DNA from: Syntrophales bacterium
Lineage (GTDB): Bacteria; Desulfobacterota; Syntrophia; Syntrophales; PHBD01
Assembly: GCA_963668175.1 (NCBI GenBank)
Contig: OY764159.1
Location: 2,848,001-2,912,000 of the forward strand
Reading direction: 5' to 3'
DNA length: 64,000 nt
Shown here piece after piece: positions 1 through 9,666 of the stretch. The translations under genes and the position numbers were made by a program. The notes beneath the pieces were generated by a model. That model searched no databases. It saw only the letters and a program-made list of their open reading frames with translations, and was not told where the DNA came from. The first letter of the stretch is position 1, and every line of letters begins with the position of its first letter.

Positions 1-229
1 CCGTCGTGGCGGCGGCAAGGTTGGCCTTGGCGTAAAGGGCGTTGGCGCTCTTTTCGTAATCGAGGCGGTAGAGGTACCAGCCGCCGGAAGCCAGGACGAT
101 AAAGGCGAAGACGGCGATGCCGACGTAAAATTTCTGCCGGTGCTCATTGAAAAACGCGATGCCTTTCATGAAATAGACCTGCAGGGTATCGGGTTCTTTC
201 AATTCCTTGTCGATCTTCTTTTCAGCCAT
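1..229 (-). CDS. Membrane-anchored YfgM/TPR-like protein, N-terminal part (runs off window)
   Basis: Manual translation from ATG 229: MAEKKIDKELKEPDTLQVYFMKGIAFFNEHRQKFYVGIAVFAFIVLASGGWYLYRLDYEKSANALYAKA. Charged N-terminus, one TM helix, then a helical segment. Confidence 0.6.
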   Translation of the reverse strand, partial: MAEKKIDKELKEPDTLQVYFMKGIAFFNEHRQKFYVGIAVFAFIVLASGGWYLYRLDYEKSANALYAKANLAAATT

Positions 230-244
230 GGTCTTAAGTATCCT

Positions 245-649
245 TTACAAGTGACGGTTTATTTTCTCGATGAAATCGTTTTTGAATCTCACGATCCTGC
301 CTTCACGGTTCGTGCAGGCGTGTACGGTGTATCCTTCCACGAGCTGCCGGGTGCGTTCCTCGTCCCAGATCTCGTAATCGAACCTGATGCTCGCCCGCCG
401 GACATAGCCGATGGACGTTTCAATCGCGACGACGTCGTCGTACCTCGCCGGCGATAGGTAATGGCAGTAAGCCTCCGACAGCGGCAGGTTGAACTGCTCG
501 GACTCCATCTCGGCGTAGACGAGCCCGATCGAACGCATCATCTCCGTGCGGCCGATCTCGAACCATTTGACGTAGTTCGTGTGATACACGATGCCCATGG
601 CGTCCGTATCGGCAAAGATCACGCGCACCCGGAAGACGTGCTTATTCAA
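245..649 (-). CDS. Acyl-CoA thioesterase, YbgC/4HBT hot-dog family
   Basis: RVIFADTDAMGIVYHTNYVKWFEIGR motif. Likely TTG start at 649 overlapping the upstream stop. Confidence 0.85.
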   Translation of the reverse strand: MNKHVFRVRVIFADTDAMGIVYHTNYVKWFEIGRTEMMRSIGLVYAEMESEQFNLPLSEAYCHYLSPARYDDVVAIETSIGYVRRASIRFDYEIWDEERTRQLVEGYTVHACTNREGRIVRFKNDFIEKINRHL

Positions 650-1859
650 AGGCGCCCCCGATGAATTTTTCCAGGAGCAGGTGGCCGGGCGTGACCAGCA
701 ATCCCGCCTCGCGGGCCGCCTTTTCGCAGAACGGCCGTCCGTAGCCGCGGTTCTCGCAAAGCGCCGAGGACAGTACGGCGAAGGGGCTGGGGTCCGACAC
801 ATGCGTCTTGCGCACGATGGGGGTCGGGTGGTCGGAGAGTACGAGGAGGCGGTACAGCATGCCCGCGCCCTCAAGCCCGGTGAGCACCGTTCCCACGACC
901 TTCTCGTCGAAATCCTCGATGGCCTTGATCTTGCCCTCGATGTTTCCCTCGTGTCCCATTTCGTCGGGGGCCTCCACGTGGACGAAAACGAAGTCCCTAC
1001 TCCTCAGCACTTCCAGGGCCGCCACGGCCTTCCCGCGGTAATCGGTGTCGATGTAGCCCGTGGCCCCGGGGACATGGACGATGTCGAGGCCCGCGTACAC
1101 GCCGATGCCCCGGAGGAGATCGACGGCCGATATCATGGACCCCGTGAGGCCGAACCGCTCCGTGAGCGGGACCATGGCGGGCGCCCTGCCCTGCCCCCAT
1201 ATCCAGATGTTGTTCGCCGGTTTCTTCCCCGCCGCCTGCCTTTCCCTGTTCACGGGATGGCCCGCAAGGATCCCGGCCGCGCGTTTCATGAGGTCGAGGG
1301 CCTCCGCGGCCCCGTCTCCCTGCGGCAGGTAGGCCGCCGACGCGCATCCCGAGATGTCGTGGGGCGGCGTCGTCTTCAGGGCCTCCGGCCCGCCTTTCCA
1401 GACCAGGAGATGGCGGTAGCTCACCCCCGGGTAGAAGCGGAACGGCCCGCCCTTGAGCTTCTCTTCCAGGTCCACGATGATCCGGCGCGCCTCGTCGGAC
1501 GAGATGTTGCCGGCGTTGTATGCTTCCATGGCGGGGTTATCGCCATCGCCCAGCGTCACGAGGTTGCAGCGGAAAGCCACGTCGTCGGGACCAAGGCTTA
1601 CACCCATGCTGGCCGCCTCCAACGGTCCGCGGCCAGAGTAGCAGGTGTTGCAGTCGTATCCCAAAACCGTGAGGTTCGCCACGTCGCTCCCCGGCGGAAA
1701 GCCCCGGGGGATCGTATCGACGAGCCCCAGCCTGCCCGCTTGCGCTATCCGGTCCATGTTGGGCGTCCGGGCGCATTCGAGAGGCGTCCTTCCGTCCAGC
1801 GCATCGACAGGGTAGTCGGCCATGCCGTCCCCGAGGAGGATGGCGTACTTCATCTTCAT
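642..1859 (-). CDS. apgM: Cofactor-independent phosphoglycerate mutase, ApgM type (proposed homoserine-kinase-like family)
   Basis: DGMAD, TPNMD, PGSDVAN, YSGRGPLEA, HVEAPDEMGH and SDHPTP motifs. Start overlaps the hom stop. Confidence 0.88.
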   Translation of the reverse strand: MKMKYAILLGDGMADYPVDALDGRTPLECARTPNMDRIAQAGRLGLVDTIPRGFPPGSDVANLTVLGYDCNTCYSGRGPLEAASMGVSLGPDDVAFRCNLVTLGDGDNPAMEAYNAGNISSDEARRIIVDLEEKLKGGPFRFYPGVSYRHLLVWKGGPEALKTTPPHDISGCASAAYLPQGDGAAEALDLMKRAAGILAGHPVNRERQAAGKKPANNIWIWGQGRAPAMVPLTERFGLTGSMISAVDLLRGIGVYAGLDIVHVPGATGYIDTDYRGKAVAALEVLRSRDFVFVHVEAPDEMGHEGNIEGKIKAIEDFDEKVVGTVLTGLEGAGMLYRLLVLSDHPTPIVRKTHVSDPSPFAVLSSALCENRGYGRPFCEKAAREAGLLVTPGHLLLEKFIGGAFE

Positions 1860-3166
1860 ACCTTGTTGTCCTCGATCCGGATCAGGACGGTCTTGCCCTG
1901 GACGATGTCGAGCCGGTCGATTTCGGCCAGGGCCTCGCGCACGTCGATCTCCCGCGATTTATGCGTCGTCATGACGACGGGGACGGCGCCGACCTGCTTC
2001 CTGCCCTTCTGGATGACCGAAGCGATGCTGATGTTCCTGGAGCCCAGGATGCCCGCGATCTTCGAGAGGACGCCGGGACGGTCCATGGCGGAGAAGCGGA
2101 AATAGTAGTTCGTCATGATCTCGTCCATGGGCATGATGCGGATGTCCTCGATGACGTCCTCGCGGAGCGACCGCGCCGGCACCCGGCAGGAGGCGCTCAT
2201 GATGAGGTCCCGGGCGATATCGACGATGTCGCTTACCACGGCGGAGGCCGTGGGCATCATCCCCGCACCCTGCCCGTACAGGAAAACGGAATTGGCCGCG
2301 TCGCCCATGATATGAAAGGCGTTGTAGTTCGCGTTCACGTTCGCCAGGAGGTGGTCGAAGGGGATCATGGTCGGGTGGATCCTGGCCTCCACGGCATCGC
2401 CCCTTTTGATGGCGATAGCGAGAAGCTTGATCCGGTAGCCCAGTTCCTTGGCGAATTCGATGTCCTGCTGGCTGATGCCCGAGATGCCCTCCTTGTAGAG
2501 GTCGTCCATGTTGACGCGCTTGCCGTAGGCGAGCGAAAGGAGGATGGCGAGTTTGTGGGCCGTGTCGATCCCCTCGATGTCGAAGGTCGGGTCGGCCTCG
2601 GCGAAACCCAGTTCCTGGGCCTCTTTCAGGACGGACGGGAAATCCTTGCCCTCGTCGGTCATCTTCGTGAGGATATAGTTGCAGGTCCCGTTCAGGATGC
2701 CTAGGACCGACAGGATCTGGTTGGCGACGAGGGATTCCTTCAGGGTCTTGACGATGGGAATGGTCCCGCCGACGCTCGCCTCGAAGCCGATGTCGACGCC
2801 GTGGCTCTCCGCCGCCTGGAAGATTTCGTTGCCGTGGGTGGCCAAAAGGGCCTTGTTCGCGGTAACGACGTTCTTGCGACGGGCGAAGGCCCGGAGAATG
2901 AAGTTGCGCGCCGGTTCGTAGCCGCCCATGAGTTCGACGACGATGGCGATTTCCGGGTCGTTGAGAATGGACGAAGCGTCCGTCGTGAGCATCTGCGGAT
3001 CGACGGCCACCGGCCGGGACGTCGTGATATCGAGATCGGCGATCTTCTTGAGGGTGAGCTTCACGCCCAGCCGCTTGGTCAGGATTGATTCGTTGTCGCG
3101 CAGAAGCTTGACGACGCCGCTGCCGATGGTGCCGAAGCCTATGAGTCCGATATTGATTTCTTTCAT
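1856..3166 (-). CDS. hom: Homoserine dehydrogenase with C-terminal ACT domain
   Basis: GFGTIGSG, VVTANKA, FEASVGG, GILNGTCNYIL, GFAEADPTFDIEG motifs, plus DRPGVL in the ACT domain. Confidence 0.95.
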   Translation of the reverse strand: MKEINIGLIGFGTIGSGVVKLLRDNESILTKRLGVKLTLKKIADLDITTSRPVAVDPQMLTTDASSILNDPEIAIVVELMGGYEPARNFILRAFARRKNVVTANKALLATHGNEIFQAAESHGVDIGFEASVGGTIPIVKTLKESLVANQILSVLGILNGTCNYILTKMTDEGKDFPSVLKEAQELGFAEADPTFDIEGIDTAHKLAILLSLAYGKRVNMDDLYKEGISGISQQDIEFAKELGYRIKLLAIAIKRGDAVEARIHPTMIPFDHLLANVNANYNAFHIMGDAANSVFLYGQGAGMMPTASAVVSDIVDIARDLIMSASCRVPARSLREDVIEDIRIMPMDEIMTNYYFRFSAMDRPGVLSKIAGILGSRNISIASVIQKGRKQVGAVPVVMTTHKSREIDVREALAEIDRLDIVQGKTVLIRIEDNKV

Positions 3167-3338
3167 GATGTGTGTCCTTAAGCAAGGGCCTCACTTATGC
3201 CCTCGTGAGGCCGGTAAAAATCCGGCCGTTTGCCCGACCTGGAGGTTCCCGGGGGGCCGGGGAAGCTTTATTGAGAAGCTGCGGGCCGTGCGCGCTTGCG
3301 GCGCAGCCTATATCCTCAGGTTCAAGGCAAACAACGCT

Positions 3339-3366
3339 TCTATAACAGGTTCAGGCCGTTTGTCAA
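3339..3366 (-). promoter_or_regulatory. Putative sigma-70 promoter of the hom operon
   Basis: Minus strand TTGACA, 16 nt, TATAGA with an upstream TG (extended -10). Confidence 0.5.
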
Positions 3367-3415
3367 AACAATTTCGATGATTGCGTGGAAGCAGGAAAGT
3401 CTCTGGGACGGCGGC

Positions 3416-3466
3416 GGGCGCGGCCCCCTATGCGGGGGGCGCGGCCCCCTATGCAGGGGGCGCGGC
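3416..3466. repeat. Tandem 21-bp palindromic repeat, about 2.4 copies
   Basis: GGGCGCGGCCCCCTATGC(G/A)GG at 3416 and 3437, partial copy at 3458. Each forms a GCCCCC/GGGGGC hairpin. Confidence 0.85.
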
Positions 3467-3506
3467 AGGTGCGGCCGTTTGGAAACGCGGGACGGCTCAG
3501 GACGGA

Positions 3507-4298
3507 TCAGGAACAGGAATCCTTTTCCCGCCGCTTCATTTTGTGGATGAATTCCTTCATGATGAATTCGTTCATCCGGGCCTTTCTTTCGGGCCGGGAG
3601 AAGAGGAGCGCCGACGTCCCCAGTTCGAGGTCCAGGGCGGCCGCCCGGTCCAGCCTGGGGGCGATGTCCGTCAGTCGCTTGACGGCCATGATGGCCTCGG
3701 CGGAGCGTTTGGCCAGCTCCTCCGCCATGACGAGGGCCTCGGACATGAAGCACTCGGGGGCGCATACCTTGTTGACCAGGCCGATCCTCAGGGCCTCCTG
3801 GGCGCCGATGGGCTCCCCGAGCATGGTGATTTCCTTGGCTTTCGCCGTTCCGACGAGTTGGGCCAGGGGATTGAAAAGAGGGTTCAGGCCGAATTTCAGT
3901 TCCGGGTGGCCGAAGATGGCCGCCTCGGAGGCGATGATGATATCGCAGACGACCGCCAGGTTGAAGCCGCCGCCGAGGGCAATGCCGCCGACCGCCGCCA
4001 CCACCGGCTTCCTGAACGTATAGATCTTCTTGAGGTACGCCGTCATGGACTGGAAGAAGAGGTCGATCTCCTCGTCCGTAAGGGACGACATTTCCTTGAT
4101 GTCCATTCCCGCCGAGAATACGAACTCGCCGCCCGTCAGGACGACGGACCGGACGTTGCTGTCGTTCTCGATCGCCTTGAAGGCATGGAGGATCTCCCTG
4201 CGCATGTCGGCCGAGAGGGCGTTCATCTCCCGGGGCCTGTTCATCGTGACGACGGCGTATCCAGCTTGTTGATCGACGGTTATCGTGTGATATTCCAT
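3507..4298 (-). CDS. Enoyl-CoA hydratase/isomerase (crotonase) family protein
   Basis: MNRPREMNAL, FSAGMDI, KPVVAAVGGIALGGG and PELKFG motifs. Confidence 0.9.
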   Translation of the reverse strand: MEYHTITVDQQAGYAVVTMNRPREMNALSADMRREILHAFKAIENDSNVRSVVLTGGEFVFSAGMDIKEMSSLTDEEIDLFFQSMTAYLKKIYTFRKPVVAAVGGIALGGGFNLAVVCDIIIASEAAIFGHPELKFGLNPLFNPLAQLVGTAKAKEITMLGEPIGAQEALRIGLVNKVCAPECFMSEALVMAEELAKRSAEAIMAVKRLTDIAPRLDRAAALDLELGTSALLFSRPERKARMNEFIMKEFIHKMKRREKDSCS

Positions 4299-4342
4299 GA
4301 TTTAAGTAGCGAGTCCTTTTCCTGTCTTTCGGCCGTGACGGT

Positions 4343-5251
4343 TCAGGGCGATGTCGGCCTGTAGATGTAGCTCACCCCGGGAGAGGCGGCGGTTTTATTC
4401 CGGATTTCGTCGATCGCCCTGGACATCATGCCCTGAAGGAAATAATCGGCCAGGGAGTCTTTCTTCCTGGGCGGATAGACCGTGTCCGGCATACCCTTGA
4501 TGCCGCTCATGGCCCCGGCCAGGCGCACGGCCGTGTTCAGGTCGCCCAGGTCGTCGATGAGTTTGAGCTGTTTGGCCTGGCGGCCCGAAAAGACCCGGCC
4601 GTCGGCGATCTTCTTCAGTTCTTCTTTGGGAATTTTCCGGCTCTGCACGACGACGTCGAGGAACTGGTCGTAGATGTCGTCGACGAGACCCTGGATCAGG
4701 ATCTTTTCCTCGTCGGTCATCTCCCGGAGCGGCGACCCCATGTCCTTGTATTTGCCGCTCTTGATGACCTGCCCCTTCACGCCGATTTTCTTGAATAGCT
4801 CTTCCACATTCGCGAAATGCATGATGGCCGAGATGCTGCCGGTGATGGTGCCCGGGTTGGCGACGATCTTGTCGGCGCCGCAGGCGATCAGGTAGCCGCC
4901 GGATGCCGCCAGGGTGCCCATGGAGGCGACGACTTTCTTCTGTTTCTTAAGTTCGACGACAGCGCCGTAGATCTCCTGGGACGAGGCCACGCCGCCGCCG
5001 GGGGAATCGATCCTGAGGACGACGGCCTTGATGCTTTCGTCCTGGGCAAAGCTGTTGATCTGGTCGACGATCTCTTTCGATTCGGCGATAACGCCTTCAA
5101 TAGGAACGACGCCGACCTTGTCGTTCAGGGACAAGGCGTGGCGCCGTTTGCTGCTTCCCAGTGAACTGAGACCGAAGATGACGAGGGTAAAGATGAATCC
5201 TGCGATAAACAGGATAAAGAGTCCAAAGAAAACCGGGTGTTTTCTTATCAT
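4343..5251 (-). CDS. sppA: Signal peptide peptidase SppA (S49)
   Basis: RIDSPGG, AASGGY, TITGSI and KSGKYKD motifs. N-terminal TM helix. Downstream of rpsA. Confidence 0.93.
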   Translation of the reverse strand: MIRKHPVFFGLFILFIAGFIFTLVIFGLSSLGSSKRRHALSLNDKVGVVPIEGVIAESKEIVDQINSFAQDESIKAVVLRIDSPGGGVASSQEIYGAVVELKKQKKVVASMGTLAASGGYLIACGADKIVANPGTITGSISAIMHFANVEELFKKIGVKGQVIKSGKYKDMGSPLREMTDEEKILIQGLVDDIYDQFLDVVVQSRKIPKEELKKIADGRVFSGRQAKQLKLIDDLGDLNTAVRLAGAMSGIKGMPDTVYPPRKKDSLADYFLQGMMSRAIDEIRNKTAASPGVSYIYRPTSP

Positions 5252-7008
5252 CAGTTATCCGCTCGATCCGATCCGGCTTCGGCCATTTTGGCCTCGGCAA
5301 GGGCCCTGCCGAGATTGGACCCCAGATTTTCCTTGTTGTTCAGATAATGATGGATATCCTTCTCCTCGGCCTGGGGCGATTCCAGTTCCTTGATGCTCAG
5401 TCTGATCTTCTTGGTCTTCGTGTCGAGGCTCTTGACGACGGCCGACACGCTGTCGCCGACGTGGTAAAGCTCCGACGCGGTTTTGACGCGCTTCTGGCTC
5501 AACTCCGAAATGTGGACGAGACCCTCGATGCCGTCCTCGATCTCGACGAAGACGCCGAAATCGGTGATGTTCGTGATCTTGCCGTTCACGATGGAGCCCG
5601 TGGTGTATTTATGGGCCAGCTCTTCCCAGGGGTTCTTTTCGATCTGCTTGATCCCCAGCGAGAATTTCTCGTTGGCGACGTCGACGTTCAGGACGACCGC
5701 CTCGATTTCCTGCCCCTTCTTGTAGAACTCGGAAGGATGCTTGACGCGCTGCTTCCAGGAAATGTCGGAGACGTGGACGAGGCCGTCGATGCCTTCCTCG
5801 ACGCCGATGAAGATGCCGAAGTTCGTGATGTTGCGGATGACGCCGCGGATGACGGTCCCTTCGGGATACTTCTGCTTGAGCGTCTCCCAGGGGTTCGTCG
5901 TCGTCTGCTTGAGTCCGAGCGATATGCGTTTCGCCTCGGGGTTGACTTCGAGGATCATGACGTTGACCTCGTCGCCCGCCGTGAGGACCTTCGAGGGGTG
6001 TTTGATTTCCCGGGTCCAGAACATCTCGGATACGTGGATCAGGCCTTCGACGCCCGGTTCCAGCTCGACGAACGCGCCGTAATCCATAACGTTGACGACC
6101 TTGCCCTGGACAATCGTCCCTACGTGGTATTTCTCGGTGATTTCGTTCCAGGGGTTCCTCGCCAGTTGCTTGAGGCCCAGGGATACGCGCTCCTTATCGC
6201 GGTCGAAGGAGAGGATCTTCACCTTGATCTTGTCGCCCCGGCTGAAGTTGTCGGCCGGCCGCGAGATCCGCCCCCAGGAAATGTCCGTCACGTGGAGGAG
6301 GCCGTCGATGCCGCCCAGGTCGATGAAGAGGCCGTAATCGGTGATGTTTTTAATGATGCCCTCGACGACCTTGCCTTCTTCGATGTTCGCCAGGGTGTTC
6401 TTCTTCTCGGCCTCTCTTTCGACCTCCAGGATGGCCCGGCGGGAGAGGACGACGTTGTTGCGCTTGCGGTCGTATTTCAGGATGTTGAACATGAAGGATT
6501 GGCCGACGAATTTTTCCAGGTCCCGCACCGGGCGGATGTCCACCTGGGAGCCGGGCAGGAAGGCCGGGACGCCGATATCCACGGAGAGACCGCCCTTGAG
6601 GCGCTCGGTGATGGTTCCCTTGATCGGCTTGTTCTGCTCGTAAGCCAGCTTGATATCGTCCCAAACCTTGATCTTGGCGGCCTTGTCGCGGGAAAGGACG
6701 AGGTTGCCGTCCGAATCCCTTCTGTCCACCAGGATTTCGATTTCGTCGCCGACGGCGATATTGATGTTGCCCTTGCCGTCCCTGAGTTCCCTGGCCGGGA
6801 TGTAGCCTTCCGTCTTCCAGCCGACATCAACCATGACGACATCGGCATTTATCTGCACGACCTTTCCGGTCACGATTTCGCCCATCTGCAGGCTTTGCAG
6901 GCTTTGTTCGTAGAGTTCCTTGAAACCCATGTCTTCCGATGATCCGGAAGCGCTCTCTTTTTCTGAATCTTGCGGTTGATTTTGAATTTCGTTGTTATTG
7001 TTGACCAT
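5251..7008 (-). CDS. rpsA: 30S ribosomal protein S1
   Basis: Six S1 repeats (AFLPGSQVD, DGLLHVTD, EGLIHVSE). Start placed at ATG 7008 after the AGAGGGG RBS. Confidence 0.97.
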   Translation of the reverse strand: MVNNNNEIQNQPQDSEKESASGSSEDMGFKELYEQSLQSLQMGEIVTGKVVQINADVVMVDVGWKTEGYIPARELRDGKGNINIAVGDEIEILVDRRDSDGNLVLSRDKAAKIKVWDDIKLAYEQNKPIKGTITERLKGGLSVDIGVPAFLPGSQVDIRPVRDLEKFVGQSFMFNILKYDRKRNNVVLSRRAILEVEREAEKKNTLANIEEGKVVEGIIKNITDYGLFIDLGGIDGLLHVTDISWGRISRPADNFSRGDKIKVKILSFDRDKERVSLGLKQLARNPWNEITEKYHVGTIVQGKVVNVMDYGAFVELEPGVEGLIHVSEMFWTREIKHPSKVLTAGDEVNVMILEVNPEAKRISLGLKQTTTNPWETLKQKYPEGTVIRGVIRNITNFGIFIGVEEGIDGLVHVSDISWKQRVKHPSEFYKKGQEIEAVVLNVDVANEKFSLGIKQIEKNPWEELAHKYTTGSIVNGKITNITDFGVFVEIEDGIEGLVHISELSQKRVKTASELYHVGDSVSAVVKSLDTKTKKIRLSIKELESPQAEEKDIHHYLNNKENLGSNLGRALAEAKMAEAGSDRADN

Positions 7009-7263
7009 TATCCCGATACCCCCTCTTTTTTTTAAAAACATCCATAAGACAGATAAAGTAACACGATGCAATCCAAATATCAAGCATATTCATGACGCTA
7101 CTCCCTGAAAAACGGAAAAAAATCGCTTTTCGTATGCCTCAGGGCCTTCCCGGGGTATGGTAGGAGGATGCTCGGGGTATTCTCCCCATAGAAATGCGGA
7201 CGGCACGGCGCGATCGGCTGGAAGTCAGGATGACGGGCCGTGTGCGGGTCTTTTCAGCCCCGT

Positions 7264-7896
7264 TCAGGCAACGGCGTCCCAGACGGGGCGCTCGAGGAAA
7301 TGCGACAGGGTTTCCGCATACTCCCGGATCGTCGCCAGGTTTGCCTGGTCCGTCAGATGGATGCGGGTCGCGTCGCGAAGGACGAGGTTCAACTCGTAGA
7401 CGACTTCGCTTTGCATCCGGTTTCGTTTCTCGAGGATCTGCAGGGCATGGATTTCTCCCAGGCGCGCGCAGGAATCGGGACGCTGGCGGGCGCAGACGTC
7501 GTCGGGCTTCTTGTGGCCCCGCCAGAAAAAACCCCGGATCTTGTCGAACACCAGGGGAGTGGTAATGTAAAAGATGACGAGGCCGCTGCCGAGAAAAAGG
7601 AGCACGGAGCCGAGCGCCACGCCGATCATGCCCGCGGACAGGCGGGGCTGCGACACGATGATGAAAAACGCCACTGTGCCTATGATCATGAAATAGACGA
7701 ACAGGCTCACGGCCTCCGGCAGCACCTGGAATTCGAGGCGGCTTGCGCCCACGGCACCGATCCGGCGTATTCGTCCCCATCTTTTCAGGGGCGACCATCC
7801 GGTCTTTTCGGCAACGCCGTCATCGAGATGCGGCGGGCAGACAGAGGCGCGATGTTGCGTTTCGTTTCCCTGTCCAGTATCATTTCCGTTGAGCAT
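7264..7896 (-). CDS. Hypothetical membrane protein with two TM helices
   Basis: Two hydrophobic stretches followed by IHALQI...YELNLVL. Start uncertain. Confidence 0.6.
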   Translation of the reverse strand: MLNGNDTGQGNETQHRASVCPPHLDDGVAEKTGWSPLKRWGRIRRIGAVGASRLEFQVLPEAVSLFVYFMIIGTVAFFIIVSQPRLSAGMIGVALGSVLLFLGSGLVIFYITTPLVFDKIRGFFWRGHKKPDDVCARQRPDSCARLGEIHALQILEKRNRMQSEVVYELNLVLRDATRIHLTDQANLATIREYAETLSHFLERPVWDAVA

Positions 7897-8299
7897 GTTT
7901 TCCAACCCGGAAGTTAAAAAGAAGAGAGGGTTACCGGGGCGAAAACGGGTATTTTTGCGCGTTGCCCCTGACGTAACGATTATATACCGATCGCAATGAC
8001 TGATCGGCCGGGATAAATCGCGTTCCGCTTGTCTCAATACTTCAAGTTTCGGTATATTTCCAGGGACAAAAATAAAGTAATACTATGTATTGCTTTATAC
8101 TTTTTTTCACGGAAAAAGTCAAGTCTATTTCTATTGCGGATCAAATGTATAGATTTCTACACAGAGAAGTACATAAACGGAAAGGGCCGTCTTCCGGTTC
8201 CGCTCCCCGTATCTCAGGGCGGCGGATCGGAAGACGACTGTCGGAGAGGGGGAAAAATGGCAAAGGCGGGCCGGCTGTGTCGCTTCACGGCCCGATTCT

Positions 8300-8611
8300 T
8301 CAGGAGAAAACGATTTCTTCTACGAGAGCGTTCTTTTCAGGGTGTAACCGGCGGGAGGGGACGCTCGCGTTCCTGTCGGCGGTGCGAAGCGATCTTCCCC
8401 GAAGCGATGCATGGTTTTCGTCGAGCCTCTTTCGTGCTTTTTCGATCATCGAAGCATCGACCACGGATTCCAGGTTGTAGTGGTGAACGAAATACATCAT
8501 ATCGTATCCGCAGACAGGGCAAAGGCGGGCCGTGACGTCTTCCTTCCATTCCCGATCGTCGCCTATATATCCGCATCCTCCCAGCTTCCTGTTGCAGACG
8601 GCCAGGCACAT
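8300..8611 (-). CDS. Small hypothetical protein with possible Zn-ribbon
   Basis: GGAGG RBS. Cys pattern C-LAV-C...GGCG and CPVCG. Confidence 0.55.
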   Translation of the reverse strand: MCLAVCNRKLGGCGYIGDDREWKEDVTARLCPVCGYDMMYFVHHYNLESVVDASMIEKARKRLDENHASLRGRSLRTADRNASVPSRRLHPEKNALVEEIVFS

Positions 8612-8945
8612 GGAACACCTCCCTCTCCGGCGGTTCTAAACCGTCGATATCCTGTAAAATATAATATGATTGCGGAGCTTCGTATCGGACCCCCGGGCGA
8701 ATTTCTTTACGACGGGGGACGATACTGGTTTCTTTTAAAAAGAGTATACGCACGGGAGCAATATATAGCTATCGGGATCGGCCTTAATTCGGAAGCTGAA
8801 AAGGCGCATTTTAAACTAGGCATTTGGATGATGACGGGACCGCATGGAAGAGCGGATTGACGGATAATGATCCGTTATCAGAGGAATTTGCGGAAGACGA
8901 CGGGGAGGGGCGGAAGGGCGGTCCCGTTTTCCGATGGCTCCGGGG

Positions 8946-9527
8946 TCACCGTCCGGCCGCGAGGAATTGCTGCAAAGCCCCCAACTGATCCGCCGTGGCC
9001 CTGAATGTGGTATTCTCGCTGTCCATGTATACGCGAAAAGTGTACTCCTTCGCTTTGCGCAGCGCATCTTCGGCTTCCGGCGTTAACTGAAACTTGCCCG
9101 TGATATAGCGGCTTTCCGTCGTGTAGACGGGACCGGGCCAGTAGTAACGGCGGCCGCCCGCCGGATAGGAGCTTTCGGTCTCGGTTTCGGTCTTTTTATT
9201 GTAGATCGGCAGGGTGAAATACGTCCCGTCGATGCGGAGGTAGACCTTCTCCTCCAGTTCGCGGCCGTTGAAATAGGACGGGGCGTAGATGCGGAAGAAG
9301 ACGGTTGCCGGCAAGGGTTTTCCGTCCTTGATTTCCCTTTCGTAGCTTACGGTCTCGTTTTCGAGGCCGCCTTCCACGGCCTTGTGGCGCATGTCCAGCC
9401 GGACCAGAACGCTCTTCTTGTACGGGTCGTCCCGGACGACGATGTTGTAGGACGGCGCGCATCCCGGAAGCACGCATCCCAGAAGAGAGACGATGACGAG
9501 CACGATTGAAAATTTTCGACGCTTCAT
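8946..9527 (-). CDS. Hypothetical lipoprotein
   Basis: Basic N-terminus, hydrophobic core, lipobox-like LLGC/LPGC, GAGGAG RBS. Confidence 0.7.
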   Translation of the reverse strand: MKRRKFSIVLVIVSLLGCVLPGCAPSYNIVVRDDPYKKSVLVRLDMRHKAVEGGLENETVSYEREIKDGKPLPATVFFRIYAPSYFNGRELEEKVYLRIDGTYFTLPIYNKKTETETESSYPAGGRRYYWPGPVYTTESRYITGKFQLTPEAEDALRKAKEYTFRVYMDSENTTFRATADQLGALQQFLAAGR

Positions 9528-9666
9528 ATTCCGCGCAACTCCTCCTCTGCCGTCAGCGTCAGCGACCGGTATATTAAATCGGTGCGCTTAGGAAAGCGAG
9601 GCGGGCATCCGGCAGATTGTTTCGACAGGATAGACCTTGAGGGCCTGTTTGGCAAGAGGCGAAAGA

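Noticed and set aside
3230..3360. Possible 6S or SRP RNA (contains GGTTCAAG)
   Set aside because: No long closing stem with a central bubble and no SRP core motif. The segment overlaps the predicted hom promoter.
591..6942. Long antisense and alternate-frame ORFs (e.g. 591-2105, 5347-6942, and similarly 22551-24353, 25530-27800, 42540-46121)
   Set aside because: They are shadows of well-supported genes in high-GC DNA and show no recognisable motifs.
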